A stretch of DNA of 20,000 nucleotides from Trichoplax sp. H2 (Eukaryota). Numbering within the stretch: the stretch's first letter is position 1; each line of letters opens with the position of its first letter. The notes under the pieces are model-generated. The model saw nothing but the letters and a program-made list of their open reading frames with translations, had not been told where the DNA came from and ran no database searches. The stretch lies in the NCBI GenBank assembly GCA_003344405.1, contig NOWV01000111.1, positions 232,670-252,669 of the forward strand. Direction: 5' to 3'. The translations under genes and the position numbers were made by a program. This document shows positions 1-10,132 of this stretch, one piece after another.

Positions 1-336
1 CAGACAATTTTTTGAATAGTGTGGCGTATCATGAAGTCCTATAATTAAAGCGGACTATCATTTCACAATATAATCTATATACATAAAGTAGGAACCGATT
101 TTTTGTGATGCCATCACAGCCAAACAGAGAGTAAGAGGGGAAAACTATGCTTACCTTTACGAAGCTGCTTTAAAATTTGGAGCGATAATGCTCGGCTACG
201 TGGGCTGTGTACACAGATGCCATATAGATATTCTTATGTGAAGTAATAGATTCATATATTTTGCAGAGAAATGCCGGTGTAGCCGGGTTTACACTAGCTA
301 ATAAGTCAATAAAACAATCAAGGAATAATTAGAGAT

Positions 337-790
337 TGTTACGATGCGTAAGCTCGTCCTAATTATTGAGTAATATTAAATATTGCTTGTGTGGATTGAC
401 GTTTTATTAATTGTCATTTCTTCATATAATTTGTTTAATCTTTGATTAATATGATAATGCACTAGGAGTTTCTGACGAGACTATAAAAGGCTGGTGCCTG
501 AAGATTCCTTTTTAGTTAGTTAGTCGGTTGGATAGTCAACTAGTTTTTCAATTGATATTTAATTGTAAGACTATAATCTTGGGTGCCAAGATTCCTTCAG
601 TAATAAATGATAGTAAATCTCTGACTATCTCGTCTACATCATCTGTGACGCTATAATTATACCATAGTATTCGGTCGTTGGAACTGAATTATTTGGTGAT
701 ATAGCTAATCTCGCCTCTTTAAGTTAGTAAGTGGCATTCTCCGCAAGGATTGGCGTGTGTAGACTACTTTGTCACTAGTGGTGTGTGACA
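337..790 (+). mobile_element. Solo LTR (454 bp) of an LTR retrotransposon, with 5-bp target-site duplication GAGAT
   Basis: Starts TGTTAC (337) and ends GTGACA (790). Flanked by GAGAT at 332-336 and 791-795. The duplicate segment has a single GAGAT (1419-1423) with the same flanks, i.e. the empty site. Internal TATAAAAG at 482-489 and AATAAA at 602-607. About 458-790 recurs at about 18762-19095. Confidence 0.9.
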
Positions 791-1002
791 GAGATATTTC
801 CTCTTTGAAGTGTTAAAGTGTGTATTTCCAAGCATGGCATTTGGTAAAATCACTAAGAGCAACATTGATGTTTGATTACGACGACTTTGCCAATAATAAC
901 TGCGATCAATGTCGTCATTAACCGTCCACGTAGCTTAAGTAAAGTTAAAATCTTTGTTGGCTAAAAATTCACAGTTGGCTGAAGATAGCAGACATTTTAT
1001 AG

Positions 1003-1022
1003 NNNNNNNNNNNNNNNNNNNN
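1003..1022. other. Assembly gap (20 N)
   Basis: Run of n characters. Confidence 1.
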
Positions 1023-1676
1023 AACCGTCTATGCAGCTTAAGTAAAATTAAAACCTTCGCTAAAAATACACAGTTGGCTGAAGATGGCAGACAATTTTTG
1101 AATAGTGTGGCGTATCATGCAGTCCTATAATTAAAGCAGACTATCATTTCACAATATAATCTATATACATAAAGTATGAGCCGATTTTTTTGTGATGCCA
1201 TCACAGCCAAACGGAGAGTAAGAGGGGAAAATTATGCTTACCTTTACGAAGCTGCTTTAAAATTTGGAGCGATAATGATCGACTACGCGGGCTGTGTACA
1301 CAGATGCCATATAGATATTCTTATGTGAAGTAATAGATTCATATATTTTGTAGAGAAATGCCGGTGTAGCCGGGTTTACACTAGCTAATAAGTCAATAAA
1401 ACAATCAAGGAATAATTAGAGATATTTCCTCTTTGAAGTGTTAAAGTGTGTATTTCCAAGCATGGCATTTGGTAAAATCACTAAGAGCAACATTGATGTT
1501 TGATTACGACGACTATGCCAATAATAACTGCGATCAATGTCGTCATTAACCGTCCACGTAGCTTAAGTAAAGTTAAAATCTTTGTTGGCTAAAAATTCAC
1601 AGTTGGCTGAAGATAGCAGACATTTTATAGATGGCGTAGCGTATCCTGAAATCCTATGATTAAAGTCAATGATCAT
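1023..1676. repeat. Older diverged ~125-bp direct repeat (1023-1147 versus 1548-1676; partial copy at about 920-1002)
   Basis: aaccgtctatgcagcttaagtaaaattaaaa...cacagttggctgaagatggcagaca...ggcgtatcatgcagtcctataattaaag versus aaccgtccacgtagcttaagtaaagttaaaa...cacagttggctgaagatagcagaca...agcgtatcctgaaatcctatgattaaag. Confidence 0.75.
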
Positions 1677-1847
1677 ATATGCAAGCACTTTTAGCAACGG
1701 ACGCTTACAAAAATTAAATTGACAAATACAAAACAAAGATCAATTCAAATCATAGTTATGGATAACGGGCGTTATTCCTGCTTGGAATAGAATGATTAAG
1801 GCTGTCCTTTCATACTGTACAGTCTACAGTGTAGAGCCTCACATGAC

Positions 1848-2080
1848 AAAATGTTCTTCAATAATGTCAGCAATTTCTGATATTTTCAATATTTCTTCAA
1901 TAACGACATTTTCTGTCGGTGTTAAGGATGGAAAGAATCGCCACTTGTTTATCCATTTTGATGCGACTGTTCTTTTGTATTGCACAGCTTCATCATGGCA
2001 GAATATTTGGTCATTAATGATGTTAGCAATTTCTAATATTTTCAATATTTTTTTTAATAGTAATATTTTCTGTTGATGTT
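1848..2080. repeat. Diverged ~75-bp direct repeat (about 1848-1921 and 2005-2080)
   Basis: aataatgtcagcaatttctgatattttcaatatttcttcaataacgacattttctgtcggtg versus aatgatgttagcaatttctaatattttcaatattttttttaatagtaatattttctgttgatg. Confidence 0.7.
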
Positions 2081-2872
2081 GAGGATGTTAAGAGTAGTAA
2101 ATTAAATGGCATTGAATGATGAATAAAATTCTAGACGCTGGAAAAGGTATACCGATTAAGCCAGCCGTAGAATATTGTACATTCTTATGCAATAGACTTA
2201 TTCCTCCATCGAATTTAAGATGTTTAAAGAGTGTTCAAGTAAAACGAGCTTGTTTTTCGACCTATACAACCACTTTATACAGTTTGAAATAATAACAACA
2301 GAATACACTCTAATTTTGCATTCTATCTGTGCATCAATTTATCCGACGTTCAGTAGACGTTTATAGAGATCAGTTTGCAATTTTTCTCACTTTCTTACAA
2401 TAAATATCCTCAAACAAGTCAACTTGGCATTTGAGCAAAGTGTAAGAAGAGAGCTCTAATATTAGCTTAGCACTAATAAATTATTCAAGAATGCAATAGT
2501 AAAACCAATGTAGAATCTTTTCAATTGGAAAGTAGTGTAGCATGATTGGAAATATACAGATATCTTTAGGGTATATCGCGGTATATAACTAAAGTAAAAT
2601 ATATTTATTTCATGTAGAATAGTCAATTATGCTAAAATAAAGTAATTGTAGATGATGACAGGTGTGAATCGATGAAATAGTGTGCTTGCACTATTTTTAT
2701 GCATACTAATGAATTATCAAAAGATATACTGGTATCCTTTTTAAAATAAGGTAATTTTTATATTTTAATATAGAAAAAGGTAACTGGTATTGCCAGGCTA
2801 TAAATAATGCCAGACGACATAAACTCTCTTCATCACTGCTATTTTAGCCGTGTCATCAAAAAATATGTCAGT

Positions 2873-3340
2873 ACTGCCATTTCACGTACATTATCAAAGA
2901 TATATCGGTATTCTTTCAGCAATGTGTACGTTCTTACATTAAAAACATTGCATTTAAGGTATCTGATATTAAAAATTAATTCTTTCGTATCGCCATTTTA
3001 GGCACATTATCAAGAAATATCGATACTCTAGCTGCAATTTGCATGTCCTTATACTTAATATACTATATGCAGGATATCTGATGTTACAATATCTTCAGGA
3101 CTGCTGTTTTACGCATGATATCAAAGACATATCGGTACCCTTTTTGCAATTTGCGTGTTCTTATATTTAATATACTGTGTTTACGGTAGCTAATATTACA
3201 ATCTCTTCAGGACTGCTATGTTATGAACATTATTGTCATCAAAAATTTATTGGTGCTCTTTCTGTAATTTGCTTATTCTTATGTTTAATGTGTATGAGGC
3301 ATCTGATATTACAATCTCTTTAGCACTACCATTTTACTCA
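2873..3340. repeat. Degenerate minisatellite, ~112-bp unit, at least 4 copies
   Basis: Units start at about 2873, 2989, 3100, 3212 and 3325 (spacings 116, 111, 112, 113). Consensus ACTGCYRTTTTA...ATCAAAGAYATATCGGT...GCAATTTG...TTCTTATA...ATCTGATATTACAATCTCTTCAGG. A more decayed copy lies at about 2688-2770. Confidence 0.85.
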
Positions 3341-4078
3341 CAGTTTGCTAATTTCAACAATGCTGTTTCATGCAGAGTAGAAATGATATACTCTATCATT
3401 CCAAATTCTATCGATATTGAACGCATAACTTATCTCTTTCTTAATTTAATAAGGAGCTGTTGTGCTATAGTTCAGCTGAGAGTAATGTAATAAATAGTTA
3501 AGGTATAAAAAGATACATTAATACCTGAACATTAATTTCCTCTAATAAAAAGCAAGGGTTACAGTATTTGCTATTTGGATACTAGTGTAAATTGTCGATT
3601 TTCTGCTTATTATAACGACGATGATATTTACTAGCAACGCAACAATAAGAAAAGTCAATATTTCCTCCTCTAGCTGTGCCTTAGCAACACTCTTTCCTCA
3701 GTCCCTTGTGCTATAAAGATCGTACGTAGACTAATTCTAATTACGCAATATATCATTAGGAATGTATGATTAATTAAGCAATTAACTATAAAGTACTTCC
3801 CACTAGATAGAATAGTTTTATAGACATTTTTTAAACGTTTCAATCTTGCAGACATTCCTGTTTCACCATAAAATGGTGAATGATAATAAATACAAAATGA
3901 TCGGAGTTTAGAAGAAATGCTAAATAAAAATTTTTTTCTATTCATAAATATCAATAAATAGTCCTAAACGAGATAGGATAGAAATCTACAGGAAATGCCA
4001 AATGAGATTTTGGTCTTTTAGTGGCATAAGTAAGGAAATGCTTAAACAAAGCATGATGAAACTGTACAAGAAATCGTC

Positions 4079-4348
4079 GTACAGTCTAGTACTGTACAGT
4101 ACTGTATGAGCTATTTGCCATTTGTCGGAAATTATCTTCGGACGGACGCTAAATATCTCAAAATGAAAACGCTAGCTACAGTACAAAAAATACTCTGGAG
4201 TACAGTACAGTGCTGTACAGTACAGTACTGTAAGGTACAGATGAACGTGTACTGTACTGTACTGTACAGTAGTTGACAGACAGTAGGGTTTTGTGCACTG
4301 TAGCGTACAGTTCAAAGTACTGTACGTGTACAGTACTGTATACTGTAG
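4079..4348. promoter_or_regulatory. Cluster of TACAGTAC/GTACTGTA motifs plus CGGACGGACG; putative promoter of the RBM41 transcription unit
   Basis: Dense TACAG/CTGTA repeats in both orientations just upstream of the first candidate exon (donor at 4469). The same motif mix occurs upstream of PPT1. Promoter function is inferred. Confidence 0.45.
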
Positions 4349-4441
4349 CTTACGGAGGGTAAAATCAATTCATCAACAAACTCGCCAACTCACAACAATT
4401 TCCACCTTGATTTGTACAAGTAAATGATTATTTCATCATCA

Positions 4442-5204
4442 ATGCTAACAAAATGGTTGGAGGATCAGGTGAGTGATAGTCATAGTTGTCGAATTGAAAT
4501 GGCTACGTCAAAATAGTGTATTTGATTGAGTACGACAGTGCTTGGACAAAACTATTTGACGACTGGTGAAGAAGTACAGGTACTGTGCTGTAATGACCAT
4601 AGACCTTCATTCGTACAAGCATTTTGCAAATCGGTGTAGTCCCTTCGACAGGAATAGACTAGTACAGCATGCTCACAATGATCAAGGTTGCGATTCTACA
4701 TGCGTAAACCTGAAATGTTGAAAATGCTTAGCAAAGGCCTCCATGCAACACGTCTAGTTACTTACAATACTCAATTTGGAATGGAGTTGATTGCCTATAC
4801 TGTAGGTTACTGCAAGTGGATGATTGATTGCTTATTTACAGTAACAAAAACAATCCAAGTCATCCTTGGAGCCAACCAATATTGCAATATACCCATCGAT
4901 AGTAGAAGTCATCTCGTTTTTAGAAACTCACTTTGCATCACCAATCTATTCACAATTAACACATCTCTATACTTTTATCATTACTACAGTGAGCGGTAAA
5001 CCTTTCCGAGAAGATCCAACATCCTACGCAAAAACCGGCATTCCATGGTAAGTACAGTAGATTGCAATGGAAATGACTGCTAGTTATGCCTAGACATAGA
5101 ACAGTACATCATACTGTAATAATTTACCCTAGCATAGTCAATACATACAAGGACTGTATAGGTGACGTTATAAAAAAATGAAATCAGATACTAGTCGTTC
5201 ATGA
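4442..5204 (+). other. Candidate spliced 5' leader of RBM41 with upstream ORFs (or a small upstream cistron)
   Basis: Strong donors CAG|GTGAGT (4469) and ATG|GTAAGT (5048). Exon 4990-5047 follows acceptor cattactacag; acceptor ctgtatag ends at 5161. Weaker candidate exons at 4539-4579, about 4640/4668-4686 and from 4842. All three frames stop within 5162-5200. Confidence 0.4.
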
Positions 5205-7153
5205 AGAAGCATAATGTTAGTGATATGCAAGATATCGCTATAAAATTGGACTTACTGTAAGTACCTTATTTTACTCATCATGATCCTTGATACGTGCATT
5301 CTTTAAAGTGGTCATCCTACGCGATATAAAAGCCGGGGGGTAATTCGCTTGATTCGCGATTCTTCAACACCATATGAAGATCAGCGGATTGAAGCTCCTC
5401 CCAATGATAACGTTGAATCAGAAACCGATAAACTCCTACATGATTTACTGGAAAAGCAATTAAGTAAGTCCGTCGACGTCAAAAGGTAAGCCATTCTACA
5501 TGCATGCGATTGTAAACATTAGCTGGTTAAATGCTCTCAAATGGAAGATGATAGTAATCGAATACTAATCATACTCATTTTGCCAAATTCTTATACATCA
5601 TGATGGCAGGCAACGTAGGGATTTTGTCGGTGGAACAGTCGTTGATAATGCTCAGGGAGAATTTAGCGGACAATTATCTTTGGATCAATATAAAGTAAAA
5701 TCGTCAATAAATGACCAAACTAATTTTTTAAGAAATCAAGGCTTAGATGAAGAGGAGATAAGGTACCAAGCAATGTGCATACCGGATTATCATAAGTGAT
5801 ACTCATTCATTCTTACAATTGTAGATGGAAAATAGAAGATAACATAGAGTCACAATTTCAGTCAACAAAGCGGAAAAGATACGGTACTGATCCAAGCATA
5901 GCTAGAGACAGGCTAGAAAATATCGAACGCAAGATAATTAAAAAAGAGTCAATGCTGGCACATCCTGATAGTTTTACCAATGCTAAACCAATGAATAGGT
6001 GAAAATTAAGCATTATCAGAAGGATGGACCAAAATTATATAATATTAATGTGAAATGGATATCATCCGATTCTTAAATTTCTACATTGCTGTATGTTGCA
6101 GGCAGTTAATGGATATTGAAAAATCAATCAATCGCGGTACAGAGAAGGCGACAATGTTCAGTCATCTTTTAAGACCAGAAAGTATTGAATCAAATGCAAT
6201 ATTACAAGCTACAGTGGATAACGTGAACCATTCTATAAGCACTACTGATGGTAACAATTCCAATAGCAAGTGCAAAGAATTGAACGACGAGGAAACAAGA
6301 TTACCCGTATCTTCTGAAATTGACGATGCAACGTGCAAAGTAGAAATTACTATTGATCAACCGAGTAGTTCTCCATCTACTAAAGACGAAACAAGGCAAG
6401 AATATTACATTGTATGACTCACTAAAGCTTCAGAGAATTATTTTTTATAAAGCAAAACGACAACGAGTACTTTCTGTCTTCAAATATGCTATACCATACC
6501 ATGGCTGAATATTTAGACTGTATAGACATACAACTGTTGATCAAGTTATTTTATTTACTCCAATATAGAACTAAGGGAATAAATTACGGTACTGGTACCT
6601 TGCGTGATAATTTGCAAGCAGTAAAAGCAGAAGATATTATCAAGAATAGAATAACTATTGAGGAAATAAGAGCTATGGCAAGATTTGCTCATTATGAGCA
6701 GGGAGAACCTTCTAAGGTACTAATCTATTTCCCCATATAACTTACTTTATTCATATAATATTCCGTAGTTAAAGCATTGACGTCTATATAAAATTTGGGC
6801 AATTGTAGGTGCTCTACATCAAAAATTTAAGTGATAAAGTCAATGAGAAAGATTTAGTCATGACCTTTATAGGATTTCAAGAAGACAGTAAAGATAATAT
6901 CCGATTTCGGTTAATGAAAGGCAAAATGAAAGGTCAAGCGTTCGTAACATTTTCAGGTATAACGATAGACACTACTCATTCATGACGTATTAAACTCTGA
7001 TTATCTTTATAAAATCTTATTTGATTACATTCCGTAATAATGTCAAACCTATCAAAATTAGATGTAGCTACTGCGGGGAAAGCACTAGATTTAGTAAATG
7101 GATATAAGCTGAAAGGGAAGCCCATGGTTATACAATACGGGAAGAAATCATAA
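5201..7153 (+). CDS. RBM41: RNA-binding protein 41 (RRM protein, paralogue of minor-spliceosome U11/U12-65K). Exons 5201-5256, 5309-5485, 5610-5762, 5825-5998, 6102-6395, 6569-6716, 6809-6956, 7062-7153; 413 aa
   Basis: Phase-consistent splicing. N-terminal blocks ESETDKLLHDLLEKQL, LRNQGLDEEEI, DPSIARDRLENIERKI and RQLMDIEKSINRG match my recollection of RBM41. C-terminal RRM: GEPSKVLYIKNLSDKVNEKDL...RLMKGKMKGQAFVTF...ALDLVNGYKLKGKPMVIQYGK. The start exon and the exon-5 donor (GC) are least certain. AATAAA at 7388-7393. Confidence 0.9.
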
Positions 7154-8233
7154 ATACTTTGATACCGTGAGAAGAATAGCTACGTAAGCCCAAAGGATTG
7201 CGACCATAACGCAATGAAGTAAAATCATACTGATGTACAAACACCTTTTTATTATATATATATATATTAATATGCTATATTTATCTGTTTGATTATTTAT
7301 GCGTATCTCCATAATGCCAAATTACATCTATTGCACAAGACCCTATGTATAAATTTATTGTATGATAGTCAAAATTCGGTTCAACTGAATAAAATCAATC
7401 AAGCATTTGCATAGTATATACGGATTTTGCATAACAACATATTTTCGTATGATCAACGCAACGATTGCCTGAGCAAAATTCCCATTGATTGAAATAAGTG
7501 TAGCTCCGTTTTAAGCCAATACCTTACCTTTTTGCCTTGTTTCTTATTAATGATAACAATGCTTATCGCCTTTGTTTTATCTTAGTTCTAACATAGACGA
7601 ACTAGATCAATCATAAACACAATATTATCACAACTGGGTTATGTTATAAAATCGTTTTCTTTTATGGTATGTACTTGAATTTCAAAGGTTACATTAGTTA
7701 TAAGTCTAATAACAAAATTAATAGTCGTCAAGAATAGGAAGATAGCAGTAGAGTGCAGTAATTGTAATTTAGACACAAATAACAAACTCTTTAAGCATGT
7801 TTCTGTTTAATTGCGTAATAAACACATTAAAGTTTGGTTTACATTAATATACGTTGGGCAAATAATAACTTAACCAGCGTATTGACCATCTCAATTCAGG
7901 TTTCAATTACGCTAGGATACATTGCAGTCACTTGCGAATCGATAATATTGTTATATTATGCATACAGTTTCGTCAGCTATTGCTCAATGCTCATGGATAT
8001 CAATGGAATAAACTTCATCACATTTTTCTCAAGCATTGTGCCCTAAATTGTGCACATTTACAATTAACTCAATCTCATCAATAAAACGGTATGATGGAAA
8101 ACATAATTTCGATGTCTGTAATTATAATAGCCATTGATAATACAATGGAGTCGTGCAGCCTAATTCACGAATATCTGGTAGTTTACTGTATATTAATATC
8201 TACTACTTATAAAATTATTAAAATCAAACTTTT

Positions 8234-10132
8234 TTAAACAAACATTTCTTCAGTGTCGTCTTCACTTTCAGTTAGAAGGGTATTAGCATTGTCCTTCGTA
8301 TCTGTCTTTTTAGAGATATCTTTTGATACTTTGGATATCTACGCGAAAAAAACAAATAAGTGATATAAAACCAGTAAAATGAACTTTACAGATTATTATC
8401 ACAAGTCTATTTACATCAAGTGGTAACATTGAAAATACTGATACGATATGACTAACCGTAATTTCCTGATCAACTTCCATTGCATAATCAACAGTAGGAG
8501 AGACAGCTACCGATCTTCTATCTCGACCTCCTTCTCTCTGAATTCGTTGAAAAAAGTTATTGTTACTCTTTGCCGTTGAGTGCAAATACAACTGATAATT
8601 TACAGGTATCGTACATAATTAAGCCCTAACCGATTTATCCTTATTCGAAACTCTGACATTGGTTTCCCCTTGATCCATGTGAGAGTCAAAATCGAGACTT
8701 AGATGCTTAGTGCCTCTTCTATTTTTCTTTGGCATAACACGTATCCTATCACGCGCAGCGCTATGATTCAGAACAGGTGAACTACTAATTGGCATACCAT
8801 CCTTGTCATACTGTACAGACTCGTCTAAAAATTATGAGCACATAATACAGGATCATCAGCGATTGAAAGCATTATGGTATATCAAGTAAAAGTGTAGCAA
8901 GATCTATAACATCACAATGTGGATCATTAAAAATCGGAATACTACTGTATCCCTTTTAGAAGTGATTCTGCTATTTTGGGACCTACCTTGTTTTTGCTGA
9001 TTCAATAATTTATTCGGCGTTCCTCCATCGCTATTCTGTCTCATAGTCTATAAAAGAATTATTACTCTTAGACGTCAATAATAAAACAACTTAGGACAAA
9101 GCATTTAAGGCATCTTTATTACTACAGCCAAAAAATGAATTTCTCCAACCTGAATCGGTAATTTAACTCCTCTAGGAGGAGTTGCAAACGGGCTCTGAAT
9201 TTTAAGCTTGGCATTTAATTCTTTGGCTATATCGTTACCAAACTGTCGATTTGGTGTTTTTTGTGCGGTTATCGGATTAAATCCGATCGGCTTCTTTGCA
9301 ACAGCTGGTGGAGTCGGTTTTTCATTTGATGGTGAGGAATTTTGGGCTGGCATTTTCTTTCCAAGCAGTGGATTAAAACCGATCGGTTTCTTAGCAATTG
9401 ATGGTGGTGTCGATTTCTCACCAACTGGTGATTCGGGTTGTTCCTAATAGTATGTATCCCCCAAAATGAGTCATTTACTGATAAGTATACCCTACTATCG
9501 GAATAACTAAGGTTTGCTTCGAGTTCCAATATAAAATTACAGGATAAGATATACGTGTAAAGTAACGAAACTGTTCTCAAAAAATTCTACAGACAAATGA
9601 TAAGTTTAAAACCATTGGAAATTTAGCTTTATTATTCGGTTGAAGGATCGAGTTCGTAGGATTACTAAGCAAGAAATTTACTCGATTGCATTAAGTGCTA
9701 TGGTAACGGGATAGAGTCAAATTCGATGAAATACCATGCAGTAAATTTCATTTCGTTCATTGTATTTCACTGTGCAAATCGATTTGTAGTATACTAGACT
9801 CGATGTATGCTTTTCTATTTCCGATTTAATTCAATTCCGTACTTATTACGAACAGTTTAGCTATACATTCAATCATGAAATTGTGCAGTGTAATGTTGGC
9901 GCATTCTAAATCCTTCTTTTAAGTGGGTATATTGAATACAGTACTTATATATAATACTAGTGTATATTCATAATGTCGTATGCTGTGTGCGTTATATCAT
10001 TACAGATGAAAATAAAATAGCTACAAACAGTGGTCATACCGATTGATCAGCTCCACTTCTCCTTTTAAGCTTATCAGCAAGTTCTTTAGAAATATTACTA
10101 CTTAGTAAAGGCATACCACCGGTTGCAGCCAT
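8234..10132 (-). CDS. Uncharacterised 275-aa disordered protein, possible actin capping-protein regulator. Exons 10132-10040, 9443-9150, 9047-8987, 8824-8631, 8537-8457, 8338-8234
   Basis: Five GT-AG introns with consistent phases (0,0,1,0,0) give one open frame, from MAATGGMPLLSSNISKELADKLKRRS to ...LLTESEDDTEEMFV*. It contains two EKxTPPxxAKKPIGFNP repeats, two KELxxKLK motifs and PVLNHSAARDRIRVMPKKNRR. It accounts for parts of ORFs 9105-9353 and 8310-8591. The function is inferred. Confidence 0.8.

Larger units (their letters stand above)
1..1630. repeat. Near-identical duplicated segment on either side of an assembly gap (1-336 plus 791-1002 versus 1087-1630)
   Basis: By eye, 1-336 matches 1087-1423 and 791-1002 matches 1419-1630, with about a dozen substitutions and small poly-T length differences. 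The copies are separated by the N run. Confidence 0.9.

Noticed and set aside
2731-2740. GTATCCTTT resembling a U12-type 5' splice site
   Set aside because: It lies in a decayed minisatellite unit, with no exon context or branch site.
1792-3954. Short ORFs 1792-2076, 1839-2045, 2807-3001, 3233-3490 and 3670-3954
   Set aside because: AT-rich, overlap repeats, have no recognisable motifs and no convincing splice structure.
4442-4686. In-frame TGA reading (MLTKWLEDQ|CLDKTI-TGA-RLVKKYS|PFDRNRL...) suggesting a selenoprotein
   Set aside because: No redox motif or family resemblance, I could not identify a SECIS, and the splice path is speculative.
9208-9580. ORFs 9208-9447 (+) and 9269-9580 (-)
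   Set aside because: Antisense and alternative-frame shadows of exon 9443-9150.
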